A stretch of 64,000 nt of DNA from Chiloscyllium plagiosum (lineage: Eukaryota), in NCBI RefSeq assembly GCF_004010195.1, contig NC_057718.1:13309549-13373548 (forward strand), in the 5' to 3' direction. The translations under genes and the position numbers were made by a program. Position 1 is the first letter of the stretch; each line of letters opens with the position of its first letter. Shown piece by piece: positions 11,901 through 24,982 of this stretch. A model generated the notes under the pieces. It was not told the DNA's origin, searched no databases, and saw only the letters and a list, made by a program, of their open reading frames with translations.

Positions 11901-13464
11901 GAATGGGTAATAAATACGGGTCCAGCCAGATACATCCACATCCCATGCACAAATATTTTAAAAATCTAGTTTGTCTGGGGGTTCTCAAGGAGACTTGTTG
12001 AGAAACTGATCCATGAGAAAAGAACGATTGTGTGATTTGATACGGTCATCATATTGAGCAGGCATTCTAAACTCAGTAAATGGATTCTGGCTGTTTAAAA
12101 GTTAGCTTCACATCTGCTAAATAATTGTCAGTTTGTTGCAGTTTGTACCAATGCTTGACAATTATTGTCTTCTATAATGGTACGAATGGTATCAAGAAGA
12201 AAAAATGTGCTTTAGTTTCTAAATGCATTTTTAAAAAATCAAAAAGGTTTAGCTCCAAATTGAGATATGGAGCAAAGTTGAAATGTTTCTATACTGAGAG
12301 CTCCCTCCAGTGGTTTTAGAGCTCACATCATTGATTTTCCTTTCAAAAACTCAAAATTATGTAGGTACACTGAATGTAAAAAATTGCCCCAGGGTGCTTT
12401 GCAGGGATATTGTCCATAACGATTTGACACTGACCTGTATACTCGGATAACAGGGCAGGTAGCCCAAAGCAGGAGGCTTTATAGAGGGTCTTAAATATGG
12501 CCCAAGTAGGGGGTCACAGGTTCAGGGTTACAAGTCATGGCTAATAGCAGAACCAGAGACGTTTTGGAGAGTTTGGAGAAAGGGCTTGAATCTCGAGGGA
12601 CAGCAGCTCATGTTTCCTCTAAGCACAGACATGCAATCCACCGGATGTGTACTATTCCCTTGTTGTATCACTCATTAAAGTTGATAATGGGAGCAAATGA
12701 GGGAAAGTGCAAGACTGTGAGGCAGGGAGTATGATGTACCAGTTGATGATGGAATGTATTCCACAGCCATGCCAGTGAACATCGCTTAGTTTTATTAAAC
12801 ATAACTATATGCAGGAGAGAGTAAGAAAGGTCATCCTGTAATGCCCCCCTCCACACACACACAGGTCCCTGTAATCTTGATTGATTGATTGATGTCACAT
12901 ATACTGTGAGACAGTGATATGTTGTTTTGTATGCTATCCAGGCAGATCATATCTTATCAGCATGACAAAGCTCCTGATATGCAAGTAACTATTATTAGCA
13001 TCAATGTAGAGTTAACCCTTTACTACACGTGGAGAAATGAGCAGAGGACCTGTGCTTGGTCACAACATTGCTACACTTGAAATTGGAGAAAATGAGAAAA
13101 AATTCACGGAGGAAATTCCGGAGCTCAGCGGCTCAGCTCATTGACACATTTTTAGTCAGGAAGGGAATCAAGCGTTATGGGGGGGGCAAGGTTCAGCATG
13201 ATTGCCAAAAGCAGAACAACAAAAAGCTGGGATGCGTGAGGCCAGAATTGGAGAACAGGTAATTCCTCAGAGGACTTCAGACGTGACACAGAGGGATTTG
13301 TAAGCAATGCTGAGAATTTTAAAAGCAAGGTGCTGCTTAACCAAGAGCAAGGTTGGTCAGTGAGTGCAGAGGTGATGGGTGAATGAAACTCAGTGCAAAG
13401 TAAGACATGAGCAGCAATGTTTTGAATGTTCTCAAGTTTGCACAGAGTGCAAAGTGGGAGGCCA

Positions 13465-13960
13465 AATATACAAAGCACTAGTCAGACCCCAGCTGGAATG
13501 TTGTGAACGGTGGGAGGCAGTCCAGAGAAGGTTCATTAAACTGTTACCAGGTATGGAGGGACTGTCTTAAAAGGACAGATTGAGTAGGTTGGGCCTCTAC
13601 CCTTTGGAATTTAGAAGAATGAGAGGTGACCTTATGGAAAAGTATACGATACTTACAGGACTTGACAGGGTAGATGTAGAAAGGTTATTTCATCTTTTGA
13701 GAGAGTCTAGGACCAGAGGGCGTCATCTCAGAATAAGGGGTCTCCCATTTAAGTCAGATGAGGAGGAATTTCTTTTCGCGGAGGGCTGTTGGGGCTGAGT
13801 TTTTGGGTATATCCAAGACTGTGAATGACACATTTTTAACCAGGAAGGGAATCAAGGAAATTTGGAGAAAAGGTGGAAAATTAGAGTTGAAGATTATCAG
13901 ATCAACCATGATCATATTGAATGGTGAAGCAGACTTGATGGGCTGAATGGCCTACAATGT
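13465..13960 (+). mobile_element. CR1 LINE 3' fragment
   Basis: YKALVRPQLE, EAVQRRF and LGLYPLEFRRMRGDL in ORFs 13379 and 13580. Confidence 0.85.
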
Positions 13961-15574
13961 TTCATGATCTTTAGTGAAGTTTATAGCTAGCTTTTAAGCT
14001 AAAAGAAACAGTGCTTTCAGGTGACAATTTATATTGATTACCCCATTTTTGCAATCCCATGAAGGGATAAGTGACATTTGATCCAACATAAAGTCACAAA
14101 AATTTCAAAAAGGATTTGGGAGAACCATTTGGTAAATTATGCTGTGCTAGAAGACCAATCATTCTCTACTCCCACTGGGAACATCCTGTCACCACCGTCA
14201 ACCAGTTCAGAACCTGGACCTGGACCTCTTCCTGACAGCCCTGTGATAGCTATTAATTACCGTCTGCATAAAGTAAAAAAATTACCATTTGTCTCATGAG
14301 AATATAAAATTATGTTGTCTATTTTGGCATTTGTATTGCATGATAACTTTACCTCCCAGAATAAAGCCATTTTTTTTCCCTGTATCAAATGCAAAGGAGA
14401 TGGGAAATGGTTCAACAGTATCCCGGTGAAGCAAGGACTATTAATTCAGACTGAGTCCCTCACTGAGAATCTATTGAAATGAATTTGCACACCTTCTGGA
14501 GAACCATCTGACAAGTAGTTTCAGGGTCTGGAATGAATTAAATGAGAATGGGTTGACTTTCTTCTGCAGTTTTCTAAGATAAAAATACACCGAACAATGT
14601 TCTTGAATGCTGACTTAACTGTTTCCTATTTCAATATAACAGCCTTGTCATATATGTGTGTTTAAGTCTAGCTACCTTCCCTCATAAAGCAACACTGTTC
14701 TATAAGTCAAGAGGTCCTGTGCTACAATTGATAGGGTCACTATCTCTGAACCAGAAGCTCTAGTTTCAAGACCAACTCCAAAAGTTGATGTGGCCATGAT
14801 TCATAACATCAACTTGTAAATTCTTCAACAGCATGGTAGGTGGTAAGAGTAGAAGACATCATTGCCCTCTACCATCATTATCCATAGCTCCAGTCAATGT
14901 GTGTAAGTGCACATTACCACAGCAACTCACATTCATGGGATGGCTGGTCTGGATTGGACCAGGGACAACATAATGGCATTTAATCCCATTCTGGCTGGGC
15001 TGGACTTGGGACATGCCTTAGTCATGCAACCAGTTGGACCTGCCTTCAGGTAGACAACATGAAGAAGAACATATCATTAGCAAGGACACTTAAATACATC
15101 ATTACACTGTCATTTATAAGAGAATGTTGTCGAACACTTCCACGTGTCGAAGGAATAATTGGCAAATGACATATCTTGCCCTGACCTGTCTCAAAATACA
15201 GTTCCAGTATGTTCATTTCCAAGAATTACTGGGGAGGTTTCTTGTCCCTCCGGATAAGCATTCATCACAAGAAATTGTCACCCACACGGAGTGGTCAGTG
15301 TAATTAAGGCAGAATTAGTAAAAGGTAGTGAGGAAATGTAGATTGTGTATTTTGAATGCACATTAGGATGCAACAAATAATCTTATTGCAACCATTATGT
15401 AATCAGTTAGCAATATTGAAAATGGTTTTAAATCGATACAAAAGAGTCAGATCTAAATCTGTGTTTCTGGAATTGTTGACATTTACCTTTGAAAAGAACA
15501 ATGTGACCTATAATACGACTGGTGTGTCATCAGAACCTCTCCTGGGCACTTCTGCCTTGATGAAAGATGGAAGT

Positions 15575-15700
15575 GCACCACGTGATGATCTAAAATAACC
15601 GGAACTGCTTCTTGTGTTACCTTTATTCTTCCCGGTGACCTGCGTTCCCCTGACAGTCAGTTCCGGTTCCGCTGAGTCCATGACGCCGCCATTTTAGCGC
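15575..15700 (+). promoter_or_regulatory. COA6: Probable COA6 core promoter (E-box, ETS-like sites, YY1 site)
   Basis: Local CpG cluster; CACGTG at 15579-15584; CCGGAA at 15599 and inverted TTCCGG at 15661; GCCGCCATTTT (YY1 consensus) at 15685-15695. Confidence 0.65.
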
Positions 15701-15740
15701 AGAGCGGAGTGAAGGTTGTGGAAGCGGGAGGACCCTGGAG
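15660..15740 (+). other. COA6: Probable non-coding exon 1 of COA6 (start approximate)
   Basis: Donor GAG|GTAACA at 15740/15741 follows the promoter motifs. Exon 2 begins only 5 nt before the ATG, so an upstream exon is needed. Confidence 0.58.
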
Positions 15741-16827
15741 GTAACACATGGGAATATAAAAAAATAGAAATAATTAACTTGGGGGTCTTTATGTCGACGT
15801 AATCCATCGCCGATAGGTCAATGACTGATGATAAAGTGAATCCACGTCTGAGAGCCCAGGACAAGGCTTCATTGATGCCACAATCCACCCCCAAGAATTA
15901 AAAAGATCAACAAATTACTGCAGGAAATCAGATCAAACCAACCCCATCGTCTCTGGGAGGCTCCTAGGTTCACATTCCACCCTCCACCCCCCAGGCCACA
16001 CCACAGGGAATGATTTCCCACACCCTGCCCCTGACTGTACAGTTAGTCCTATTGGAGTGGGCCACACACTGTACTCTGTGTTGGGTGTGAATCAGATTGG
16101 AGGTGTGTTGTAGATACACAGTGTTCAAGCCCCCTCTCTGGCTAAATTAGACTCTCATGTCCTTCCCGGTGTTTAAAAAAAACTGTGGCCCCTGGGTTGC
16201 TAGAGGGAAGCAGTTCAGTTCCTTTTTCAAATACATTCAGGGACTCACAGATGCAGTATAGGCCATGAACTTGAGGTTAGCAGTTCACTTTATCAGTGTT
16301 TTTGTTTTCCTTCCTTTCCTCCCGCATATGGAAAAAGAGAGAGGGTTTTTTTTTCCCCCACTGCATTGCGTGCACCAGTTCAGGAAGGTATCTAACCTGT
16401 TGCCAGAGCCCAACAAAACAACTGCTGAGCTTCCTGTGACCACGCTTAATAGCCAGTAAGGTGCACATGGTTGGTTGGAATTGGCTAGCTGAGTCATTCT
16501 TTCTACAGACCCAGTGTTGAAGTCACTGTGTTCACTTCTCATGTGAGAATGGTCAAATTCGGAGCATCACAAAGAAATAAATTGTTTCAGAAAAGTTGAG
16601 GGCAACTCCTTGAGTTGAGAAAGAGTTTTGTTTTAAAAGAAAATGTATTGTGAAAATCTGGTTTACATCACTGGCATCGCAGCTGTATCATGTATAATCT
16701 GTAAAGACAGTTTGTGCTTCCGCTAAGATCCCATAGCTGATTCACTGTAAAGTTTGGAGGGGAAATAACATAGTTATTAATTAACTGGATAGTTAATCCA
16801 GAGGCATAGCCTAAGGATTCAAAGATG

Positions 16828-17133
16828 CTCCAGAGCTAGAGGGCATAGGTTTAGGGTGAGAGGGAAAAGATATAAAAGAGACCTATGGGGCAACGTTTTC
16901 ATGCAGAGGGTGTGTATAGAACATGTCTGGAATGAGCTGCCAGAGGAAGTGGTGGAGGCTGGTACAATGCAACATTTAAGAGGCATTTGGGTGGGTATAT
17001 GAATAGGAAGGGTTTGGAGGGACATGGGCCGGGTGCTGGCAGGTGGGACTAGATTGGGTTGGGATATCTAGTCGGCATGGATGGGTTGGACCGAGGGGTC
17101 TATTTCCATGCTGTACATCTCTATGACTCTATG
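16828..17133 (+). mobile_element. CR1 LINE 3' end
   Basis: ctagagggcataggtttagggtgaga...ctctatgactctatg tail. Confidence 0.85.
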
Positions 17134-17299
17134 CACATCTCATAACATAAGCTCGGGTATTTAAGTTCAGTTGAGGGAATTAGATTGTGTTTCTCATATG
17201 GCAGTGTTCAGGGTTACATGGAGCAAGGAGAAGATTGGCATTCGTTCGGAGATCAAGTCAGACATGCTGGGCTGAATGGCTTCCTTTGAGCTGTAACAG

Positions 17300-18735
17300 A
17301 ATATAGAACATAGAACATAGCACAGAAATAACATATCTGTGCACCATGATGCCATTCTAAGCTAGTCCCAACTGTCTGCATGTGGTCAGTACAGTTGTAT
17401 AAGACTCTGGTGCGGCCGCATCTGGAGTATTGTGTGCAGTTTTGGTCGCCATACTATAGGAAGGATGTGGAGGCACTGGAACGGGTGCAGAGGAGGTTTA
17501 CCAGGATGTTGCCTGATATGGAATGCCCTGCCAGTCGCAGTGGTGGACTCTCCCTCTTTATGGGCATTTAAGCGGGCATTGGATAGGCATATGGAGGATA
17601 GTGGGCTAGTGTAGGTTAGGTGGGCTTGGATCGGCGCAACATCGAGGGCCAAAGGGCCTGTACTGCGCTGTATTGTTCTATGTTCTATCCCTCTATTCCC
17701 TGCCTGTTCACATGTCTGTATAAATGCCTGTTAAACAGTGCTAAGCCTACAGTCTTTCATCTTAAACTTATGCCCCCAGTACTTGACATTTTCACCATGA
17801 GAAAAAGACTCCCGACTATCCACCCTATTGTGTCTCTCATAATTTTATAAACTTCTATCAGGCCACCCCTCAGCCTCTGACGCTCTAGCAAAATCAATCC
17901 GAGTTTGTCCAACCTCTCCTTATAGTTAATACACTCCAATTCAGGCAACATCCTGGTAAATCTCTTTTGCACACTCTCCAAAACCTCTCCATCTTCACTA
18001 TAGTGTGGCGACCGGAACTGCACACAATACACAAATGTGGCCTCACTAAAGTTCTATACAGCTGCAACATGACTTGTCACCTTTTATACTCAATTTCCCG
18101 ATTGATGAAGGCAAGCATGTTGTATGTTTTTACCACCTTATCCACTTGTGTTGCCACTTTCAGGGAGTTATGGATTTGCACCCCATGTATATCTTTGTTC
18201 CAGAAGCTCATGCCATTTACAGAATACTCTGTTTTTTCATTCGACTTCTCAAAATGGATCACATTTGTCCATTATTAAACTCCATCTGCCATTTCTCCAC
18301 CCAGTTTCCAACTGATTAATATTGTGCTGCATTCTTTGACCACCTTCCTTACCATCCACAACTCAAAGTTTTGTATCAACTGCAAATCAGACTGTCCCCA
18401 GCAAACACAAACATCCTTGGTTTCAATTCTCCCAGTAATGTGCAGCTCGCACTTGCTGGTTACCCCAGAGAATCCAATTAATTACTAGTTTGTGGATTAG
18501 GATCATTATCGGTTTTAATTTCAAAGACTGCATCCCACAATTTCACTTTCCGTTGACATGTGACCAGGAGCAATTTAGTTACAAACCTTCTGAATCCTGA
18601 CTGCCACCCACTGAGGCCACCTTTGATAATTTATCAAAAGCATTTATATATATTACAAACAACACATTCCAGCACTGATCCTTGCAGAACATCACTGGTC
18701 ACAGTTCTCCAATCAGAAAAACACCCTTCCACAAC
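17300..18735 (-). mobile_element. Degenerate CR1 LINE with a nested, internally deleted + strand CR1 3' piece (~17386-17687)
   Basis: Minus ORFs 17757..18032 and 18077..18262, and plus ORF 17380..17571 ([19 protein letters not shown]). Confidence 0.82.
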
Positions 18736-19061
18736 TACAAAAACAGAATTTGTTGGAGAAACTCAGCAGACCTGTCACCTTCTATGAAGATAAAATAGGG
18801 TTAATGTTTTGAGTCCAGTGACCCTTCTTCAGAACTGGTAGCATTTGGGAAAAGGCAGTATTTATGCTGATGATGATAAGGGGTGAGGGTGTGGAATGAG
18901 CGATAGTTGGAGAGGGAGGGGACTAGTGGGTGGAAAGGGGGAGAGGGTAGTGAATGGATAGGTGGGGGAGGGAAGGGTGGGTAGGGAGTGGATAGATGGA
19001 GGGGAAACCCCAGGACAGTGACAAGAGAAGGTGGTCAGCCAAAGGGATTGTTGATAATAGG

Positions 19062-20622
19062 CAATAGACAATAGGTGCAGGAGTAGGCCATTCTGCCCTT
19101 CGAGCCAGCACCATCATTCATTATGATCATGTCTAATCATCCTCAATCAGTATCCTGTTCCTGCCTTATCCCCATAACCCTTGATTCCACTATCCTTAAG
19201 AGCTCTATCCAACTCTTCCTTGAAAGTATCCAGAGACTTGGCCTCCACAGCCTTCTGGGGCAGAGCATTCTACACACTCCCCACTCTCTGGGTGAAGAAG
19301 TTTCTCCTCAACTCTGTTCTAAGTGGCCTACCCCTTATTTTTAAACTGTGTCGTCTGGTTTGGGACTCACCCATCAGCGGAAACATGCTTCCAGCCTCCA
19401 GAGTGTCCAATCCTTTAATAATCTTATACGTCTCAATCAGATCCCCTCTCAGCCTTCTAAACTCAAGCGTATACAAGCCCAGTCGCTCCAATCTTTCAAC
19501 GTAAGATAGTCCCGCCATTCTGGGAATTGACCTCGTGAACCTACACTGCATTCCCTCAATAGCCAGAATGTCTTTCCTCAAATTTGGAGACCACAACTGC
19601 ACACGATATTCCAGGTGCAGTCTCACCAGGGCCCTGTACAGCTGCAGAAGAACCTCTTTGCTTCTATACTCAATTCCTCTTGTCGTGAAGGCCACTTTGC
19701 TATTAGCTTTCTTCACTGCCTGCTGTACCTGCATGCTTGCTTTCATTGACTGATGTACAAGAACATCTAGATCTCGTTGTACTGCCCATTTACCTAATTT
19801 GACTCCATTTAGGTAGTAATCTGCCTTCCTGTTCCTGCCACCAAAGTGGATAACCACACATTTATCCACATTAAACTACATCTGCCGTGCATCTGTCCCC
19901 TCATGTAGCCTGTCCAGGTCACCCTGTAATCTCATAACATCCTTCTCACATTTCACCCTGCCACCCAGCTTTGTATCATCAGCAAATTTGCTAATATTAC
20001 TTTTAATATCATCATCTATATCATTAATGTATATTGTGAAAAGCCGTGGTCCCAGCACTGATCCCTGCGGTACCCCACTGGTCACCGCCTGCCAAACTGA
20101 AAGGGAGCTGTTTATCACTACTCTTTGTTTCCTGTCAGCCAAACAACTTTCAATCCAAGTCAGTACTTTGCCCCCAACACCATGCGCCCTAAGTTTGCTC
20201 ACTAACCTCCTATGTGGGACTTTATCAAAGGCTTTCTGAAAGTCCAGGTACACTACATCCACTGGATCTCCCTTGTCCATCTTCAGAGCTACATCTTCAA
20301 AAAATTTCAGAAGATTAGTCAAGCATGATTTCCCCTTCATAAATCCATAAGTCCATAAATCCTGTTATTGCTATCCAGGTGTGTCGTAATTTCATCCTTT
20401 ATAATTGACTCCAGTATCTTTCCCACCACTGAGGTCAGACTAACTGGTCTATGATTCCCTGCTTTCTCTCTCCCTCCTTTCTTAAAAAGTGGGACAACAA
20501 TAGCCACCCTCCAATCCGCAGGAACTGACCCTGAATCTATAGAACATTGGAAAATGATCACCAATGCATCCACGATTTCTAGAGCCACCTCCTTCAGTAC
20601 CCTGGGATGTAGACCATCAGGT
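19062..20622 (-). mobile_element. CR1 LINE, 5'-truncated, RT region little degraded (frameshifted), in COA6 intron 1
   Basis: ORFs 20337..20588, 19876..20340 (YLDFQKAFD, SGVPQGSVLGP, KFADD) and 19270..19869. Same subfamily and tail as 2829-3358. Confidence 0.93.
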
Positions 20623-20726
20623 GTGAGTGATGAGAAGCAGCTAGTTTGGTGATAATGGAGGGGTGGGGCGGGGGGTGGTTTGGCTGAGAGCAGTTGATTT
20701 ATGTAAGTTCTTGTTTCCCAGGAAAA

Positions 20727-20870
20727 ATGAGTGCTCCAACAGCAGATGAGAGGAAAGCCTGTTGGGGAGCGAGGGATAGGTACTGGCAGTGTCTGGATGA
20801 GAGTGATAAGGATTCTTCAGAATGTCAGAAGTTAAGAACAATATTCGAAGGCAGCTGCCCACAGCAATGG
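20727..20870 (+). CDS. COA6: Cytochrome c oxidase assembly factor 6, first coding exon (aa 1-48)
   Basis: MSAPTADERKACWGARDRYWQCLDESDKDSSECQKLRTIFEGSCPQQW with the CX9C...CX10C motif. Acceptor ttgtttcccAG ends at 20721; donor TGG|GTGAGT at 20871 (phase 0). Confidence 0.96.
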
Positions 20871-21449
20871 GTGAGTATTAACATCAAGGTGACGCTTTCC
20901 TCCTCGGTAATTTCAGTATTAGGATAACCGTTCAGCACATCCAAACCCATTCTCATTTCAGTGCAACATTTCTCTTTTCTCCAGCACAATTTTGGATGGG
21001 CAGTTTTTGGTTCTGATGCCTCACTTAAACTTTAAATCGGAATATCCGGACCCCTTACCTCCTTGAGAAATGTACACAATTTATGGGAACATGTGTTTAA
21101 TCTTTGGACAAGAGCCCAAGACAACATGTTATTCTCCTAAATGATAAGTTTGAACGAAGCTCGGATAATCCTAACCTAACAGACCCACCTTATTTGAAGT
21201 AATTAAATCTTTATTTGAAAAAGAAATGCGCACAGTGGACGGCAGAAAAGGAAACAACAGTTTGGATAGATATATCTGCAGCATTTTCTAATTTAACTTA
21301 AGAGTTTCCATTTTTTCAGTCAAGTATTTAATATTTTAAAGAATTTGCTGTGGATTACAATACTGTGGTTATCGAAAGTACAATCCTATTTTCTTTAACA
21401 TGATGACGCTAGTCTATTGGTAAAAATTCTATTCACTATTAAAAATTGT

Positions 21450-21468
21450 AGGCCAGCAGATGGTGCTA
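21450..21468 (+). promoter_or_regulatory. CTCF-like motif in COA6 intron 2
   Basis: aGGCCAGCAGATGGTGCTA versus consensus TGGCCACCAGGGGGCGCTA, in otherwise AT-rich sequence. Confidence 0.45.
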
Positions 21469-21508
21469 TGACACATTGTCAGTCAGTGTATGGCCAAATG
21501 TGCGACTG

Positions 21509-22021
21509 AAAAATGTGTTGCTGGAAAAGCGCAGCAGGTCAGGCAGCATCAAAGGAGCAGGAGAATCGATGTTTCGGGCATAAGCCCTTCTTCAGGAATG
21601 AGGAGGGGGTGCCAAGCAGGCTAAGATAAAAGGTAGGGAGGAGGGACTTGGGGGAGGGGCATTGGGAATGAGATAGGTGGGAGGTTAAGGTGAGAGTGAT
21701 AGGCCGGAGAGGGGGTGGGGGCGGAGAGATCGGGAAGAAGACCTGCAATCTTTCTTCCCGACCTCTCTGCCCCCAAACTCTCTCCGACCTATCACTCTCA
21801 CCTTAACCTCCTTCCACCTATCTCATTCCCAATGCCCCTCCCCCAAGTCCCTCCTCCCTACCTTTTATCTTAGCCTGCTTGGCACCCCCTCCTCAATCCT
21901 GAAGAAGGGCTTATGCCTGAAATGTCGGTTCTCCTGCTCCTTTGATGCTGCCTGACCTGCTGGGCTTTTCCAGCAACACATTTTTCAGCTCTGATCTCCA
22001 GCATGCAGTCCTCACTTTCTC
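21509..22021. mobile_element. Fold-back (inverted terminal repeat) PLE insert with 15-bp TSD
   Basis: ~21509-21745 is the reverse complement of ~21750-21987. ccaaatgtg(c/a)gactg at 21494 and 22022. Hammerhead-like cores at 21568-21595 (-) and 21899-21926 (+). Confidence 0.88.
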
Positions 22022-22139
22022 CCAAATGTGAGACTGCTTTGCTTATTCCATCTGGAATTTCAGAGGGAGAAGGAAGTGCAAGAGAATTGGAGATGGAGAC
22101 CCTACTGCTTTGCAGAAGTGACCAACCATTGCACGTTTT

Positions 22140-23290
22140 TATTTTGTTTGTTCCTGGATGTGGGATCACAGGTTAGGGCAGCATTTATTGTCCTTGAGCA
22201 GGTAGAGATAAGCTGCTGCCTTGAACCACTGAAGTTCAATGGTGTAAGGGCGTCCAGAGTGCTATTAGGATGGGGGTTCTAGGATTTCATCCGGCGACAG
22301 TGAAAGGACAGTGATATGTTCCCAAGTCAGGATGGCCATTGGGTTGGAGGAAATCTTGCAGTGGATGGTGTTCCCTTGTATCTGCTGCCCTTGTCCTTCT
22401 AGATGGTAATAGTCATGCGCTTGGAAGGTGCTGTCAAGGAGGTTTGGTGATGAAGGGAGTGACGCCATTTAGATCAGATACTTTGTCATGGATGATGTCC
22501 AGTTTCTTGAGTGTTGTTGGAGCTACAATCATCCAGGCAAATCAGGAATATTCCATCACACTCCTGACTTGTGCCTTGTAGATGATGCCAGGTGTTGGAG
22601 AGACAGGGGTGTTATGACTCAGGACAAATCCCTCTGCTAATTTTAACCCAATACACACAGAAGCTCACCTCACGCCATAATCTGTTAAATTTCGAGAGGC
22701 AAAGAACTATCCCAATTTTATTATTTAAAGTAAAAGATTAATCATTTTCTTCTTTAAGTCCAACAGAGAATAGTAAAACCAACAACTATTTACAACTTCT
22801 TTCTCTTAAACCTGTGTTTTACCTCCCACTCCTTTCTGCGGCACATATTTCTTATAGACAGGCACCTTTCAGAGAGTTATTCTGCTAGCAATCTGTTGCT
22901 TCTTGGCAATTCTTTGTGGTTCTTCCCCTTACTGTTCAAAATGTCTGGCTTTATACTCCCAAAACATGAGATCATTTCATTGGTTTGATCTCATCAAAAT
23001 ACTAAATTCAAATTTGATTCGATCTTGGTATCCGGGGCATAATTTAAACTGGCTGAATTTGAATTTGTTTTTGTATCATGGCAACACTTTGTGCCAGCCA
23101 GAAATTTCAGCTCCCTCAAAGGTACTGTACACACCTACACCTTTATTACAGGGGAGAATTGCCCACTGCATAAATCCTATTCTCTGACATACTCCTGTAA
23201 CCATCGTACATATAGGGCTGATCCAGTTCGGTTTCTGGTCAATGGTAACTCCCAGGATGTCGACAATAGCGAAGTCAGTGAAGGTGTTGC
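22140..23290 (-). mobile_element. Degenerate LINE 3' fragment interrupted by a possible solo-LTR-like segment (~22610-23082)
   Basis: DILGVTIDQKPNW in ORF 23076..23309; 3' tail caataaatgctg...cacatcc. The interrupting segment is bounded by TGTTATGA...TCATGGCA with no clear TSD. Confidence 0.55.
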
Positions 23291-24035
23291 TGAATAATAA
23301 TCTGCTCACAATAGCAGAGAAGCCATCTGAACCATAAGAATATTAGGGATAGAAGCTGAATTAACATGTTTAGTACTCCAACCCCATTCTTCCATTCAAG
23401 AAAATAATGACTGATGTTCCTCATGCACACCACTGTCTCTCACTATCTTCATATTCCAAATTCTCCCAATCACTAAAGATCCATTGACTTCTGTCTTGAA
23501 GACGCAGAGCAGAACACCAAACATTCAGAGGGAAGAAAGTTTTCCTCATCTCAGTCCCTTTTTCTCCGACTGGTAATCTTCTATATTCACTGCGCTGTTG
23601 AAACAGTCTGTCAGGGTCGATCCTTGAGAATTTTATATGTTTCAATCACTTCGCCTCTGTCAAAAAAAAGGTATGAAAATTCCATAAAAAGAAAGCCAAA
23701 AGAAAAAGAAATCAGCAACCCAGGATTAAAATTCTATTGAAAGTGACCTTTGTGGACAGCAGTGAGAGTCTATTGTGGCAGGATTAAAACACTGGACCAC
23801 ATCACATTGCTTGTAATAACTAGGTGGTAAACACTGTATTCTTATTTGGGTCAAATCATGGCAATAGGGCTCAGCAGAAATGACGGGAGTCCTGTTCCTG
23901 CAGGAAAAGATCTGAGTAATATCTGCATTTTATAATAAAATGTAGAAGAGTTTTTAATAACCCAGAAATTGCTGGAGAAACTCAACAGGTCTTGCAGTAT
24001 CTGGAGATAAAACAGAGTTACTGTTTGGAGTCCTG

Positions 24036-24730
24036 TGATTCTTAGGGGATTCAGATACATAGACCTTTTAAGATGTAACAAACGTGCAGAAAATAATCAA
24101 GAAAGCAATGACATGCTGGCCTTTGTATCTAGACCACTGGAGTACAAGGTGGAGAAATTATGCTGCAGTTGTGCAAAACCCTGGTTACACCCCACCTGGA
24201 GAACTGTGAGCAAATCTGGGCACACACCTTAGGAAGGAGATACTAGCCTCTGAAGGAATATGAAGTGGGAACAAGTAAAGAGCAATGTCTGGACTTCATG
24301 GGGTTGAGTTATAAGAGATGATATGAATTAGGCCTGTTTTCTCTAGAATTTAGATGGTTAAGTTGTGATCTGATCAAAGTCTTCAAGATATGAACAGGAA
24401 AAGACAGATTAGATAAAGATAAACTATTCTCACTTTTTCGACATTCTAGAACCAGGGAGCGCAGTTTGAGAATTAGGGCCAGACAGTTCAGGAGAGATAT
24501 TCCAAAGCACTTCTACACACGGGATGTGAATATTTGGAACTCTTTTCCACAAATGGCAATAGATGCTGGATCAACTGTTAATTTTAAATCTATGATAATA
24601 AATTTTTGTTAAGCAGAGATATTAAGGGATATGGGCCATAGGCAGGTATATGGAGTTAGGCCACAGATCAGCCATGATCTCATTGAGTGGTAGAACAAGC
24701 TCAAGGGGCTGAATGACCTATTCCTATGGT
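24036..24730 (+). mobile_element. Old CR1 LINE 3' fragment in COA6 intron 2
   Basis: Degenerate similarity to CR1 ORF2 C-terminus and 3' UTR (gatctgatcaaagtcttcaagat...ggggctgaatgacctattcct). Confidence 0.75.
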
Positions 24731-24886
24731 CCAGCATTCACAGGGCTTGAAATGTTAACTCTGTTTCCTGTCCACCATTGCTGCCAGACCTGCTGGGTTT
24801 CTCCAACAGTTTCTGTTTTTGTCTATTTCAGACCTCCAGCATCCACAGTTTTTTTGTTATATATGATTCTGCTCTTTATTCATCAG

Positions 24887-24982
24887 ATCAAGTACTTTGA
24901 CAAAAGAAGGGACTATTTAAAATACAAAGAGAAACTGCAAAGTGGAGGATTTCAGCAACAGGAGAATGTCACCAAACCATAA
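24887..24982 (+). CDS. COA6: Cytochrome c oxidase assembly factor 6, last coding exon (aa 49-79 plus stop)
   Basis: Acceptor ctctttattcatcAG ends at 24886; IKYFDKRRDYLKYKEKLQSGGFQQQENVTKP*. Joins in phase 0 to give the conserved CPQQWIKYFDKRRDYLK motif. Confidence 0.96.
   Translation: MKYFDKRRDYLKYKEKLQSGGFQQQENVTKP

Noticed and set aside
6300..15500. 3' exons of SLC35F3 or another upstream neighbour
   Set aside because: No recognisable coding segment; the exon-like 8204-8463 has stops in all frames.
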